Source: Eubacteriales bacterium (GTDB taxonomy: Bacteria; Bacillota; Clostridia; Oscillospirales; UMGS1783). From it: a stretch of DNA of 64,000 nt. A model generated the notes under the pieces. It ran no database searches. It was not told where the DNA came from and saw nothing but the letters and a program-made list of their open reading frames with translations. The DNA lies in contig JAZOAH010000028.1 of NCBI GenBank assembly GCA_045595395.1, positions 90,339 to 154,338 of the forward strand, read 5' to 3'. This document shows positions 1 through 9,931 of this stretch, in pieces (the first letter of the stretch is position 1; every line of letters begins with the position of its first letter). Position numbers and translations under genes: made by a program.

Positions 1-613
1 TAAATACCAGGTTCCAGACCTCGATGTAACGGTCGCAGTCGCAGCCGACGCCGCAATTGGGGCTGCCGCAGCCCCATTTTTCGCCACGGTCAAAATAGAT
101 CTCAGAGCAGGGGCCGCAGGGGCCGGTGCCGTGCTCCCAGAAGTTGTCCTCTTTGCCCAGTCGGACGATATGATCGGCGGGCACGCCGACCTGCTTGGTC
201 CAGATCTCGAAGGCTTCATCATCCTCTTCATAGATCGAGCACCACAGACGCTCCTCGGGGATCTCCAGCACCTTGGTGAAGAATTCCCAGGCCCAAGACG
301 TAGCCTCCGACTTAAAATAATCGCCGAAGGAGAAGTTGCCCAGCATTTCAAAATAGGTGCCGTGACGGGCGGTCTTGCCCACACGCTCGATATCCGGGGT
401 GCGGATACATTTCTGGCAGGTGGTGACCCGTTTTCTGGGCGGGGTGATCTCGCCGGTGAAGAATTTCTTCATGGGCGCCATGCCCGAGTTGATAAGTAAA
501 AGGGATTTGTCGTTCTTGGGAACGAGGGAGAATGAGGGCAGGCGAAGATGGCCTTTGCTCTCAAAGAAGGAAAGGTATTTTTCTCTCAAATCGTTGAGGG
601 ATGTCCACTGCAT
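1..613 (-). CDS. alaS: alanine--tRNA ligase, N-terminal part (gene runs off the left edge)
   Basis: Reverse translation from the ATG at 613-611 gives [52 protein letters not shown]..., the conserved AlaRS N-terminus. The frame is open to base 1. It is absent from the ORF track because no stop lies inside the window. A T-box leader sits directly upstream. Confidence 0.9.
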   Translation of the reverse strand, partial: MQWTSLNDLREKYLSFFESKGHLRLPSFSLVPKNDKSLLLINSGMAPMKKFFTGEITPPRKRVTTCQKCIRTPDIERVGKTARHGTYFEMLGNFSFGDYFKSEATSWAWEFFTKVLEIPEERLWCSIYEEDDEAFEIWTKQVGVPADHIVRLGKEDNFWEHGTGPCGPCSEIYFDRGEKWGCGSPNCGVGCDCDRYIEVWNLVF

Positions 614-629
614 AGATAAAAGCCTCCAA

Positions 630-850
630 ATAAAAAAATAAAGTCCCCCGATAAAATCAAGGGACGAATGTACCGTGTTACCACCCAAGTTGCGCAAGTG
701 CGCCGCTCATTATGCCCATAACGCAGGCGCTGCGTCCCTGTTTTCACAGGGCGGCTCCCGGAGAGCTTCATTTATCTTTCCGCAGCGCGTTCCCAGCCTC
801 CGCACCTCTCTGTACCGTTCCGATAAATTACTGATTCCGATCTTTGCTTT
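630..850 (-). promoter_or_regulatory. T-box riboswitch leader of alaS with terminator/antiterminator
   Basis: The minus strand reads ...AACTTGGGTGGTAACACGGTACATTCGTCCCTTGATTTTATCGGGGGACTTTATTTTTTT. This is the T-box consensus (GGGTGGTAnCnCG) followed by a hairpin and a U-run just 5' of the alaS RBS. An AGAGA K-turn-like motif and a TGGGAA distal-loop-like motif lie further upstream. A TTGACA / TATAAT promoter lies near 885-857. Confidence 0.8.
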
Positions 851-892
851 TCCTTTATTATATCTTTTCCATACGAAATGTCAAGATTGGAA

Positions 893-921
893 TTGACGGT
901 TTGACGAAAATTCGGTAAAAT
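893..921 (+). promoter_or_regulatory. sigma-A type promoter for the 945 gene
   Basis: TTGACG (893-898), 17-nt spacer, TAAAAT (916-921). An RBS AAGAGGG precedes the ATG at 945. Confidence 0.45.
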
Positions 922-944
922 AGTTACAGAAAAGAGGGATCACC

Positions 945-1790
945 ATGCAAGCATTATTCGGCACAGCCGGCACACCGGATGAATTTAAAGAGCAAGGTTA
1001 TAAAACCTCCTTGCAGATACCGGGCTTTCTTGAACAATACGGATTGGACTGCTTTGAATATCAGTGCGGCAGGGGCGTCAATGTTTCGACCGAAACGGCG
1101 CAGGCTTTCGGGCGCAAAGCCAAGGAGCATAACATTGCCCTTTCCCTGCACAGCCCCTATTACATCTCCCTCTCCTCGGAAAAGCAGGAGAGCCGACTCA
1201 AGAGCGTCGACTATATTTTACAAAGTGCCCGAGCGGCGCATGATATGGGTGCTACCCGTATCGTGGTACACAGCGGCTCCTGCGCCAAGATGACACGTGA
1301 GCAGGCGTTGGCACTGGCGCTGGATACCATGGAACGGGCGGTAGCGGCGATGGATGCGGCCGGTTACGGGGATATTGCCCTATGCCCCGAAACGATGGGT
1401 AAGATCAATCAGTTGGGCAACGAGGATGAAGTCATCGCCCTATGCAAACTGGACGAGCGCCTCATTCCCACCATTGATTTCGGTCATCTCAACTCCCGCA
1501 CCTACGGTTCACTTAAAACGGCTGACGATTTTCGGCGGGTGCTGGCTAAATTTTCCGATGCACTTGGCTTTGAACGCATGCAGCGGTTTCACTGCCATTT
1601 CTCCAAGATCGAGTGGAGCGACGGCGGCGAAAAGCGGCATCTGACCTTTGCCGATGATATCTTCGGCCCCTTCCCCGAGCCGTTTATCGAGGCCATTATC
1701 CAAGACGGATATGCGCCCATCGTGATCAGCGAATCGGCCGGGACACAGGCGTTGGATGCAAAATACATGAAAGATCTGTATCGAAAATGA
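945..1790 (+). CDS. xylose-isomerase-like TIM-barrel protein, endonuclease IV (AP endonuclease 2) family
   Basis: 281-aa ORF. It has the pattern LSLHSPYYISL ... TRIVVHSGS ... CPETMGK ... IDFGHLNS ... FHCHFSKIE ... VISES, which resembles the metal-ligand strands of Nfo-like TIM barrels. Confidence 0.55.
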   Translation: MQALFGTAGTPDEFKEQGYKTSLQIPGFLEQYGLDCFEYQCGRGVNVSTETAQAFGRKAKEHNIALSLHSPYYISLSSEKQESRLKSVDYILQSARAAHDMGATRIVVHSGSCAKMTREQALALALDTMERAVAAMDAAGYGDIALCPETMGKINQLGNEDEVIALCKLDERLIPTIDFGHLNSRTYGSLKTADDFRRVLAKFSDALGFERMQRFHCHFSKIEWSDGGEKRHLTFADDIFGPFPEPFIEAIIQDGYAPIVISESAGTQALDAKYMKDLYRK

Positions 1791-1874
1791 TTTTTTTGGG
1801 ATTACCTCTTGCAATTAACTGAGAAATATTGTAAACTATTATGAGAGTAAAAAATAAATTTTGGAGGATAATAT

Positions 1875-2435
1875 ATGGTATCCGCAGGCGATTTCAGAAA
1901 TGGTGTAACTTTTGAGATGAACGACGGCTCTGTTGTGCAGGTCGTGGAATTTCAGCATGTCAAGCCCGGCAAGGGTGCGGCTTTCGTAAGAGCCAAGATC
2001 CGTAACGTGATCACCGGTGCTGTCACCGAGACCACCTTCAACCCGGCCGACAAGTATCCCACCGCTTTTGTTGAGAGAAAGGACATGCAGTATCTCTACA
2101 ACGACGGCGAGCTGTATTATTTCATGGATAATGAAACCTATGAGCAGCTCCCCCTCAACGCTAATGTTCTGGGTGATTCCTTTAAGTTCGTTAAGGAGAA
2201 TACCGACGTTAAGATCCTGTCCTGCAAGGGCAATGTCTTTGGCGTTGAGCCCCCCTTCTTCATTGAGCTGGAAGTAACCGCAACCGAGCCCGGCATCAAG
2301 GGCGACACCGCCACCAACGTTACCAAGCCCGCCACTCTCGAGACCGGCGCCGAGATCCGTGTTCCCCTCTTCATCAACGAGGGCGACAAGATCCGTGTCG
2401 ATACCCGTACCGGCGAGTATATGGAAAGAGCATAA
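1875..2435 (+). CDS. efp: translation elongation factor P
   Basis: 186 aa. [36 protein letters not shown] is the canonical EF-P KPGKG loop. A GGAGG RBS lies 7 nt upstream. Confidence 0.95.
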   Translation: MVSAGDFRNGVTFEMNDGSVVQVVEFQHVKPGKGAAFVRAKIRNVITGAVTETTFNPADKYPTAFVERKDMQYLYNDGELYYFMDNETYEQLPLNANVLGDSFKFVKENTDVKILSCKGNVFGVEPPFFIELEVTATEPGIKGDTATNVTKPATLETGAEIRVPLFINEGDKIRVDTRTGEYMERA

Positions 2436-2465
2436 CCCCCATTATTTCACAAGGAGGCATTGATC

Positions 2466-2900
2466 ATGACCCTGACTGAAAAAGTTGCTTACATCCGCGG
2501 CCTGATGGAAGGCATGGAAGTAGACAAGGAAAGCAAGGAAATGAAGATCATCTCGGCCGTTGTCGATCTGCTCGATGACATGGCTCTCACCGTCTGTGAC
2601 CTTGAGGATGCCCAGGCTGAGCTGGAAGAATATGTAGAAGAGCTCGACGAGGACCTCGGTACTATCGAAGAGGATATCTACGGCGAAGATGAGTGCGACT
2701 GCTGCGACGGCGACTGCGATTGCTGCGATGATGACTGCGATTGCGATGACGGTTTTAACTACAAGACCGAGTGCCCCGTCTGCGGCGAGGATGTGCTGCT
2801 CGACGATGAGATCCTGCGTGACGGCGCTTTCGAGTGCCCGCACTGCGGCGAGACCATTGACTTCGGTGAAGACATCGAAGACGAGGAAGAGGCTGAATAA
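2466..2900 (+). CDS. acidic Cys/Asp-rich protein with C-terminal zinc ribbon (CD1247-like family as I recall it)
   Basis: ORF track 2460..2900. I prefer the ATG at 2466, 8 nt after GGAGG (2453-2457). It has a helical acidic N-terminal half, then ECDCCDGDCDCCDDDCDCDD, then CPVCG...CPHCG. Confidence 0.7.
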   Translation: MTLTEKVAYIRGLMEGMEVDKESKEMKIISAVVDLLDDMALTVCDLEDAQAELEEYVEELDEDLGTIEEDIYGEDECDCCDGDCDCCDDDCDCDDGFNYKTECPVCGEDVLLDDEILRDGAFECPHCGETIDFGEDIEDEEEAE

Positions 2901-2910
2901 TTTCTAACAA

Positions 2911-2947
2911 AAATCCCGAAAGACATAAGTCTTTCGGGATTTTTTTA
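2911..2947 (+). terminator. rho-independent terminator
   Basis: ATCCCGAAAGAC-ATAA-GTCTTTCGGGAT, a 12-bp perfect stem followed by TTTTTT. Confidence 0.85.
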
Positions 2948-2994
2948 TCTTGCGTGCATACGATATAGATAAGACTACATCAAGGAGCGCACGC

Positions 2995-4113
2995 ATGGAG
3001 CAAAAACGATCCAAGCGGATCATCGGTATTGTTGCTGTCGGCCTTCTCATCTATCTGGGCCTGAAACATATGGATGCGATCAGATCTGCCCTTTCCTGGC
3101 TGGCCGGCTTATTTTTACCGCTGATTTTAGGACTGGCCTTTGCCATGATCCTGAATGTACCGATGAGCCTGCTGGAAAAACACCTCTTTTGCAAAACAAA
3201 AAAGGCCCTTCTGCACAAACTGCGGCGGCCCTTGTCTATTTTGCTGTCCATCTTGCTGGTCGTCATCCTGCTGGCCGGCATCATCGGGCTGATCATTCCC
3301 GAACTGATCCGTGCCATACGAATCGTTGTTGAAAATTTGACCGATCTGATCAATCAGTTGCGTGGCATGTCACCGCAAGAATTGGCCCAACTCCCCTTTG
3401 GCAATCTGATGGCCGGCATAGATTGGGATGCCACGCTCATCACCATGCAAAACTGGCTCAAATCTCAAAGCGGCACTATTGTCAACACCGCCGTCGGCAC
3501 CATCGGCTCGGTGCTGGGCGGCATCATAAACTTTTTCTTTGGCCTGGTCTTTGCCGTTTACATCCTGGCCAACAAGGAAAAACTCAAGCAGCAGATCACT
3601 CGGCTGATCCTGGCATGGCTGCCAAAGCGACTGAGCCGATGGCTGATCTACACCTCAGGGGTAGCCCGAAAAAGTTTTCGCAATTTTGTGGCCGGACAGA
3701 CACTGGAGGCGCTCATTCTCGGCTCGCTGTGTATGCTGGGCATGATCCTTTTGCGCATCCCCTATCCGCTCATGGTAGGCACTTTGGTTGGTATCGGAGC
3801 GCTGATCCCGGTCATCGGTGCTTTTGCTGCCGCCATCGTCGGTGCCTTTATTATTTTTACCGAATCCCCTATTCAGGCTCTCATTTTTTTGATCTACCTC
3901 ATCCTGTTGCAGCAGATCGACGGCAATCTGATCTATCCCCGGATCATGGGCAATCGCGTCAACCTGCCGGCCATATGGATCCTGGCGGCCGTCACCGTGG
4001 GCGGCGGCATCGCCGGGCCGATCGGCATGCTGCTGGGCGTACCCGTAGCATCAACCTTATATATCCTGCTCAAGGACGCCACGCAGCGGCGAGAAAAAAA
4101 GAAGGAAGACTAG
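2995..4113 (+). CDS. AI-2E family transporter (PerM/YhhT-like permease)
   Basis: Multi-TM protein with the family C-terminal signature ...LLQQIDGNLIYPRIMGNRVNLPAIWILAAV.... The start is taken at the ATG at 2995, 7 nt after GGAG, rather than the TTG at 2950. Confidence 0.8.
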   Translation: MEQKRSKRIIGIVAVGLLIYLGLKHMDAIRSALSWLAGLFLPLILGLAFAMILNVPMSLLEKHLFCKTKKALLHKLRRPLSILLSILLVVILLAGIIGLIIPELIRAIRIVVENLTDLINQLRGMSPQELAQLPFGNLMAGIDWDATLITMQNWLKSQSGTIVNTAVGTIGSVLGGIINFFFGLVFAVYILANKEKLKQQITRLILAWLPKRLSRWLIYTSGVARKSFRNFVAGQTLEALILGSLCMLGMILLRIPYPLMVGTLVGIGALIPVIGAFAAAIVGAFIIFTESPIQALIFLIYLILLQQIDGNLIYPRIMGNRVNLPAIWILAAVTVGGGIAGPIGMLLGVPVASTLYILLKDATQRREKKKED

Positions 4114-5495
4114 TCTTCCTTCTTTTTGCGTTTGAAGATAAAACTGCGGAACAGGATCAGATTCATAACAATAAAGAATGCAGCCAAAATCCCTAAGGTC
4201 AGCAGTTCTTTTCCCGGTGCCATATTCGCCAGCAGCATCATGGGAAAGCCGAAGACGATGGCCGGAAACTGCTGGTAGACCAGGTTGTCGGCCGCCGGGG
4301 TCTTAAACTGGCCGTCGATCTCACGCAGCAGGATGATGCCGGTGCTGGCCGTGCCGGTGAGCATACCGTACATGACCAGGAACTGCTCCTCCTGATATGC
4401 GGGGAAGAGTTTCTTGGCAATATAATAGTTATAAGCATAGGTGCTGACCAGTCCGACCACACCGAGAATAAGGATCACGCCCCAATACTGCTCCAGCAGG
4501 CTCAGACGGATGGCGGCAATGCCCGAAATGACCATGACATCAAAGCAGAAATTGCTGATACGGGTCATGAGGAAGTTGTTGATATACTGCCTTTTCATGA
4601 TCTTCTTTTTTTGACAGAAATTGAGCACCGCTTTGATGAGAGTAGCGGCGATGACACCCAGCAGGAAATTAAAGCCGAAGATGGTGGATCGCATGCCGGG
4701 CAACGCCATCCCTAACAGGCTCATCAGCAGGTAGGCCAGCATATAGGCGCCGATGACAAAAGCCACCTGGATGGTCAGTTTATCCATACTGCCGTCCATC
4801 GACACCTCGTTTTCGCCCTGCACCTCTTGCATGGCGATGGCGCCCTCACGGATCTTTTCCATGTCGATCTTTTTCTTGCGTCGCAGGATGTTCAGGTGAA
4901 TAACGCCGCCGATGCTGGCGCTGAGGAAACCGAGGGCGGCAATGGTAAGTCCAAAGCTCTTACCGCCGGTAAAACCAAGCCCCTCATAGATCATGCCGTA
5001 GTTCATGGCCTGGCCGGTGCCCTGACCGAAACCGAAGGGCAGCAATATGCCGGCCGCCGGAAAGAAATCGGTGATGAGCATGGCAGCAACGATGGTGATA
5101 CCTAAACCAAGAATGGCCTGGATCAAATAGGTTGCCACGGTAGTCACGCCCGAATTGAATATCTCTGTGGTGCGCTTCTTATTGAACTTGCCGCCGCCGG
5201 CCTTGAAGGACGAGGCAATAAAGCCAAGCGCCAGCGCATGATAGGTCACGATCTCCAGCGTGGCCGAGCCGTTGTAATTGAAAAACCGGGTATCGAACAG
5301 CCACTGCCCGGTGATGGCCTGATAGATCTCGGCAACGATCAGAAGCAGAATGCCGCCCAAGACCGAGGTGGGAACGAGCGACCGCTTCAAAAAGGGAATG
5401 CTCTTTTTGAGCATATTGGCCACCAACAAACTGAGTAATAACACTGCGATCAGGCTTAGTGAGCCCCAGACATTAGAGTCCCAAAAACTGTTCAT
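4110..5495 (-). CDS. sodium/glutamate symporter family protein (GltS-like)
   Basis: 461-aa polytopic membrane protein. Segments LPFGFGQGTGQAMNYG and GMLTGTASTGIILLREID parallel the two GltS re-entrant loop motifs (GGHGTG / GLGATP). Confidence 0.65.
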   Translation of the reverse strand: MNSFWDSNVWGSLSLIAVLLLSLLVANMLKKSIPFLKRSLVPTSVLGGILLLIVAEIYQAITGQWLFDTRFFNYNGSATLEIVTYHALALGFIASSFKAGGGKFNKKRTTEIFNSGVTTVATYLIQAILGLGITIVAAMLITDFFPAAGILLPFGFGQGTGQAMNYGMIYEGLGFTGGKSFGLTIAALGFLSASIGGVIHLNILRRKKKIDMEKIREGAIAMQEVQGENEVSMDGSMDKLTIQVAFVIGAYMLAYLLMSLLGMALPGMRSTIFGFNFLLGVIAATLIKAVLNFCQKKKIMKRQYINNFLMTRISNFCFDVMVISGIAAIRLSLLEQYWGVILILGVVGLVSTYAYNYYIAKKLFPAYQEEQFLVMYGMLTGTASTGIILLREIDGQFKTPAADNLVYQQFPAIVFGFPMMLLANMAPGKELLTLGILAAFFIVMNLILFRSFIFKRKKKED

Positions 5496-6675
5496 GCTTC
5501 TCCTCCGAAGTCAGATTTTTATAACGGTAGAACAGATTGACATATTTAAGGGCATTAAACCGCTTATCGGTCGGCTTAATCTGATAGATCTTATCATCGG
5601 CATAGATATTGACCTTGTTGCGCCCCAGCACCGTCACGGCCGAGATGCTATCAAAGGCAAACACCCGATCGCCGCAGACGATCCGATCTCCGTACAGAGC
5701 CACGGGCGCCTGCTTTTGCAGGATCTTTTTCTCCTTATAGACAATGACCTCGATCAGGTTGGCGCACTCCTCATACAAGGGCGCTGACGTATCAGCCAAG
5801 GTATCAAGCGTATTGACATAATCGCACTGATAATCATACCAAGGGCCGACAAATTCAAAAGGAAAAGCAAACCCGATTCCCTGCAGCCGCTTGTCAGGCA
5901 GATAGCGGATCTCCCGACCGCAGGTGTTGCAACGGATGATATCGTTATGGCTTTCAAATGTTGATAAGCCGCAGTAAGGGCAGACATAGATGGCACGCTC
6001 CAGATACTGGGCCGTCTGTTTATGCCGATACAGACCGTCTTGCCCGGCCTCATCAACGGCCAAGCCTTCGGTAATGCGCTGCATCAATTCTTCGTTGGTG
6101 AGCCTTGCCAGCTCCTCCGGCTCGATGACCTGTGACACATAGGAGCGCATCCTTCCTTTGCGGATGACATCGCTCCAGCGTGGCTGGACGCCGTAGCCGC
6201 CCTCAATGCGGAACAGCGCTACCGGCAGACCCAATTTTTTCGCCAGCGGAGCAACGGCCGGATTCATATACCCGGTTCGCCCCGAAAAGGTGCGGTTGCC
6301 CTCCGGGGACATGGCGATCGTGCCACCCTCCTTAGCCACCTTTAAGCAGTTCATCACGGCACGGATATCGGTCGTCTGCTTCTTGATGGGGATGGGAGCA
6401 ACCAAAAACCGAATGACACGGGACACCCAGCCCTTAGAGAACAGATCCTCCGACGCTATGTAATAGACCGGACCACGAAAAGCCATTCCAATGAAGAACT
6501 GGTCAAAAGCAGTCTGGTGATTCATTAAGATCAGATATTGCCGATCGCCCTGCTCCTTGAATTTCTCTACACGCATGCCGTAAAGAAAATAGGAAAAGGG
6601 GCCGATCAGCACCTTGAGTACATTGCGTACCCAGCCATGGCGGCGTTTGCACCATGTTTGTTTTTTCTGTTTCAT
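5473..6675 (-). CDS. lysophospholipid (1-acyl-sn-glycerol-3-phosphate) acyltransferase family protein
   Basis: NHQTAFD (HX4D acyltransferase motif) and SPEGNRT block. A TTGACA-17-TACAAT promoter lies at 6737-6709. Confidence 0.75.
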   Translation of the reverse strand: MKQKKQTWCKRRHGWVRNVLKVLIGPFSYFLYGMRVEKFKEQGDRQYLILMNHQTAFDQFFIGMAFRGPVYYIASEDLFSKGWVSRVIRFLVAPIPIKKQTTDIRAVMNCLKVAKEGGTIAMSPEGNRTFSGRTGYMNPAVAPLAKKLGLPVALFRIEGGYGVQPRWSDVIRKGRMRSYVSQVIEPEELARLTNEELMQRITEGLAVDEAGQDGLYRHKQTAQYLERAIYVCPYCGLSTFESHNDIIRCNTCGREIRYLPDKRLQGIGFAFPFEFVGPWYDYQCDYVNTLDTLADTSAPLYEECANLIEVIVYKEKKILQKQAPVALYGDRIVCGDRVFAFDSISAVTVLGRNKVNIYADDKIYQIKPTDKRFNALKYVNLFYRYKNLTSEEKHEQFLGL

Positions 6676-6753
6676 GTTGCTTCTCCGGGCGGATAAATCG
6701 TTGCCATTATTGTATCGGCATTTGCGAAAATTGTCAATAATCCGTCATGTTTT

Positions 6754-7431
6754 TCATTCGGATTGTTTTGCAAGTACTGTTTTACCCAGCAGATGATCGG
6801 CGATTTTGGTGCTGTGCACGATATAACTGCCGTGATCCTCTCCCTCAAACAGGGTAAAGGTGGCGTTGGGGATCTTGCGACAGATATCCAGCATAGCGCT
6901 TTGCTTGATCAGATCACGGCTGCCGGCTGTGACCTCGACCGGCACATCAATGGCCGTCAGTTCTTCCTCGGTGATGTTCGGCTCGGTCAGCATCAGTTTG
7001 ACCAAAGGCTTACGACGCAAAGCATAAGCCAGTTTCATCATCCACCGCACCGGGCGTTTGATATCCTCCGGGCGGGCATTGACACCGCTGACCACCAATT
7101 TTTTGAGCAGTCCCGGATAACGGGAGGCCAAAAGCAGGCCGGTAATGCCGCCGTCGCTAAAGCCGTACACCGTCGGCCGTTCCAGCCCCATGACCTTAAT
7201 AAAGCAGTAGACATCACGAACCATATCCTCATAGTGATACTCTTCGACCTTGCCGCTGCGGCCGTGGCCGCGGGTGTCGGGCAGGTATACCGTATACTTC
7301 TGCGCCAATTTTTCGGCCGCCTCTTCAAAGATCTCATGGGTCTCACCGTTGCCGTGAAGCAGGATCAGCGGCTCACCCTGGCCTATTTTTTCGTAAAAAA
7401 TATCAATTCCGTTTACCTTGGTAAAAAACAT
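6754..7431 (-). CDS. alpha/beta fold hydrolase
   Basis: LLHGNG oxyanion-region motif, GFSDGG nucleophile elbow, and a C-terminal GEDHGS-type His region. Confidence 0.8.
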   Translation of the reverse strand: MFFTKVNGIDIFYEKIGQGEPLILLHGNGETHEIFEEAAEKLAQKYTVYLPDTRGHGRSGKVEEYHYEDMVRDVYCFIKVMGLERPTVYGFSDGGITGLLLASRYPGLLKKLVVSGVNARPEDIKRPVRWMMKLAYALRRKPLVKLMLTEPNITEEELTAIDVPVEVTAGSRDLIKQSAMLDICRKIPNATFTLFEGEDHGSYIVHSTKIADHLLGKTVLAKQSE

Positions 7432-7441
7432 GGTATCTCCT

Positions 7442-8563
7442 TTATTTCATCACGACCGGGAACTCCCGATAATCTTGTCCTGCCGCCTGCACCGTCGGCG
7501 CAAACACGCCCCATAGGTCATTGGCAGCCACCTCCTTTTGCAAATCGGCAAAGTCCTTGCCGTCGGTAGCCGGATGCTGTACGAGCGGAAGGCTTGCCTT
7601 TTCCCGAATTTCCCGAATCAGGCCGGATGCCTGCTTGCGAAAGCCGAGAAGGCGGATATACTTGGGCGCATCGGCACCTTCCCGCACATCCAGATAGGCC
7701 CGCATCAAGATCCGATCGATGCGGGAGCGGGCATACCGCTTGCTTTTGATCTGGTCTATGATCTCGCCCAGCGAACAACCGTCACGCACCGCCACGGCGA
7801 TCTTATGCTCCAGCCCCTCCGACACGTCGGGCAGTGTTGCAAAATAGGCCGCATCCAGCCCACGCAGCCGAGCCAGCATCGACCGCTCCATATCCTCAAG
7901 AAAAACACGTTGTTCCAGCAATTTAGGGGCATATTCGGGCACAAAAGCCGCAATATCCTCCCCCGCCCGCAACATAGCACGGCAGGCAGTAGCCCCGCCC
8001 GCCCCGTCATGCTCGGCGCCGATGCGGCGGATGGCATGAGCGGCAAAGCGGCCACGAGCAGCCATCAGATATTCGATCCCCAACAGATCGTTAGGATTTT
8101 TCAATATGGCAGCATGCTGACTAAACCGCTCCAGCGCTTTTTGGCGGGCGGCCGGATAGGAAATGCCGGCGGCCAGTTCTTCCTTAAGCTCATCATCAAA
8201 GCCGGGCGATTGCAGCGCTTGACTGATCTGGGTCAGCAGTTGGATGTCGCCGCACTCGCTGCCAAAGCAGAGCGCATCGACCACGCCTGTGGCGGCCAAG
8301 ACTTCGACGGCGCAGCGGGCAAAGCCCTGGGCACTGGAGAGCACCCCACGCAGCGGCAGTTCCAGCACCGCATCGGCACCGCCCCGCAAGGCCATCTCGG
8401 TCCGATCCCTCTTGGATACCACAGCCGGCTCGCCACGCTGGACAAAGGCGCCCGACATAACAACAACGATCCTGTCATATCCCATCTCACGCACGGTACG
8501 CAAAAGATAGGCATGACCGTTATGGAAGGGGTTATATTCAGCTATAATACCGGCAGTTGCCAA
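7442..8563 (-). CDS. tmcAL: tRNA(Met) cytidine acetate ligase (YlbM/UPF0348 nucleotidyltransferase)
   Basis: GIIAEYNPFHNGHAYLL N-terminus, typical of the YlbM/TmcAL family. TTG start 6 nt after AGAGGTGG. Confidence 0.8.
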   Translation of the reverse strand: MATAGIIAEYNPFHNGHAYLLRTVREMGYDRIVVVMSGAFVQRGEPAVVSKRDRTEMALRGGADAVLELPLRGVLSSAQGFARCAVEVLAATGVVDALCFGSECGDIQLLTQISQALQSPGFDDELKEELAAGISYPAARQKALERFSQHAAILKNPNDLLGIEYLMAARGRFAAHAIRRIGAEHDGAGGATACRAMLRAGEDIAAFVPEYAPKLLEQRVFLEDMERSMLARLRGLDAAYFATLPDVSEGLEHKIAVAVRDGCSLGEIIDQIKSKRYARSRIDRILMRAYLDVREGADAPKYIRLLGFRKQASGLIREIREKASLPLVQHPATDGKDFADLQKEVAANDLWGVFAPTVQAAGQDYREFPVVMK

Positions 8564-8592
8564 TTTTCGCCACCTCTTTTGTAAAAAATGGG

Positions 8593-8621
8593 TTGATTAT
8601 TCTTAAAGGATTTATTATAAT
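8593..8621 (+). promoter_or_regulatory. sigma-A type promoter for ackA
   Basis: TTGATT (8593-8598), 17-nt spacer, TATAAT (8616-8621). Confidence 0.5.
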
Positions 8622-8671
8622 TATAACTGTTGAGCAACAAATAATCAAGAAATACATTTAAGGAGTTTGAC

Positions 8672-9871
8672 ATGAAAATATTAGTCATCAATGCAGGCAG
8701 CTCGTCGCTGAAGTATCAGCTGATCGACATGGACAACGAGGCTGTGATTGCCAAGGGTAATTGCGAGCGTATCGGCATCGACGGTCTGATCGGCCACAAA
8801 ACGGCTTCGGGCGTCGAGATCAAAAAGGAACTGAGCTTCCCCACCCACAAGGAAGCCTTCATGGCCGTTGTTGAGGTCCTCACCACGGGCGAGGGCAAGG
8901 TCATCGACAGTGTATCGGAGATCACCGCCGTCGGTCACCGCACCCTGCACGGCAGCGAGAAGTATAAGGCCTCCATGCTCATCAACGATACCGTTATTGA
9001 TGATGTTATGGAATTCCGTGAGCTCGGCCCTCTGCACAATCCGCCTCAGGCCATTGCCATGCGTGCCTGCCAGGAAGTTTTCGGCAAGGACATGCCGATG
9101 GTGGCTGTCTTCGACACCGCTTTCCATCAGACCATGCCGGCCAAGGCCTACATGTTCGGTATTCCTTATGAATATTATGAGAAGTACTCCATCCGCCGCT
9201 ACGGCTTCCATGGCACTTCTCACCGCTATATCTCCTATACCTACGGCCAGATGAAGGGCTCTAACGAGGGCACCCGTGTCATTACCTGCCATCTGGGCAA
9301 CGGCTCCTCCATCGCCGCCATTAAGGACGGCAAGGTGGTCGACACCTCGATGGGCCTGACCCCGCTGGACGGCTTTATCATGGGTACACGCTCGGGCGGC
9401 ATTGATCCCTCGGTCGTCACCTACATCATGAACAAGGAAGGCCTCACCCCCGATGAAATGGCCAACATGATGAACAAGAAGTCGGGCTTCCTCGGTCTGT
9501 CCGGCATCTCCAGCGACTGCCGTGACATTCAGAAGGCGGCAGCTGAGGGCAACGAGCGTGCCAAGCTCACCCTCGATATCCTCGTCTATCAGATCAAGAA
9601 GTTCATCGGCGGCTATGCCGCTGCCATGGGCGGTGTGGATGCCATCATCTTCACCGGCGGTATCGGCGAAAATGATGCCGAGATCCGCAGACAGGTTTGT
9701 GAGGATATGGAATATCTGGGTCTGACCATCGACACCGAACTCAACAATCAGGCTTCCCGCCGTGATGCTAAGTTCTCGTCTGCCGATTCCAAGGTCGAAG
9801 CCTGGGTCCTGCCCACCAACGAAGAGCTGATGATCGCCCGCGACACCAAAGAGATCGTGGAAAAACTCTGA
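8672..9871 (+). CDS. ackA: acetate kinase
   Basis: MKILVINAGSSSLKYQL..., FHGTSH and TCHLGNGSS motifs. 399 aa. Confidence 0.95.
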   Translation: MKILVINAGSSSLKYQLIDMDNEAVIAKGNCERIGIDGLIGHKTASGVEIKKELSFPTHKEAFMAVVEVLTTGEGKVIDSVSEITAVGHRTLHGSEKYKASMLINDTVIDDVMEFRELGPLHNPPQAIAMRACQEVFGKDMPMVAVFDTAFHQTMPAKAYMFGIPYEYYEKYSIRRYGFHGTSHRYISYTYGQMKGSNEGTRVITCHLGNGSSIAAIKDGKVVDTSMGLTPLDGFIMGTRSGGIDPSVVTYIMNKEGLTPDEMANMMNKKSGFLGLSGISSDCRDIQKAAAEGNERAKLTLDILVYQIKKFIGGYAAAMGGVDAIIFTGGIGENDAEIRRQVCEDMEYLGLTIDTELNNQASRRDAKFSSADSKVEAWVLPTNEELMIARDTKEIVEKL

Positions 9872-9885
9872 TTTTCAAAAAGATC

Positions 9886-9915
9886 AGCCCGAACCCACGG
9901 TTCGGGCTTTTCTTG
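9886..9915 (+). terminator. rho-independent terminator after ackA
   Basis: AGCCCGAAC-CCACG-GTTCGGGCT followed by TTTCTTGT. Confidence 0.75.
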
Positions 9916-9931
9916 TGAAGGATCGGATATC

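Noticed and set aside
131-641. Plus-strand ORFs 131..499 and 375..641.
   Set aside because: They are antisense to the clearly conserved alaS N-terminal coding region and have no motifs or RBS.
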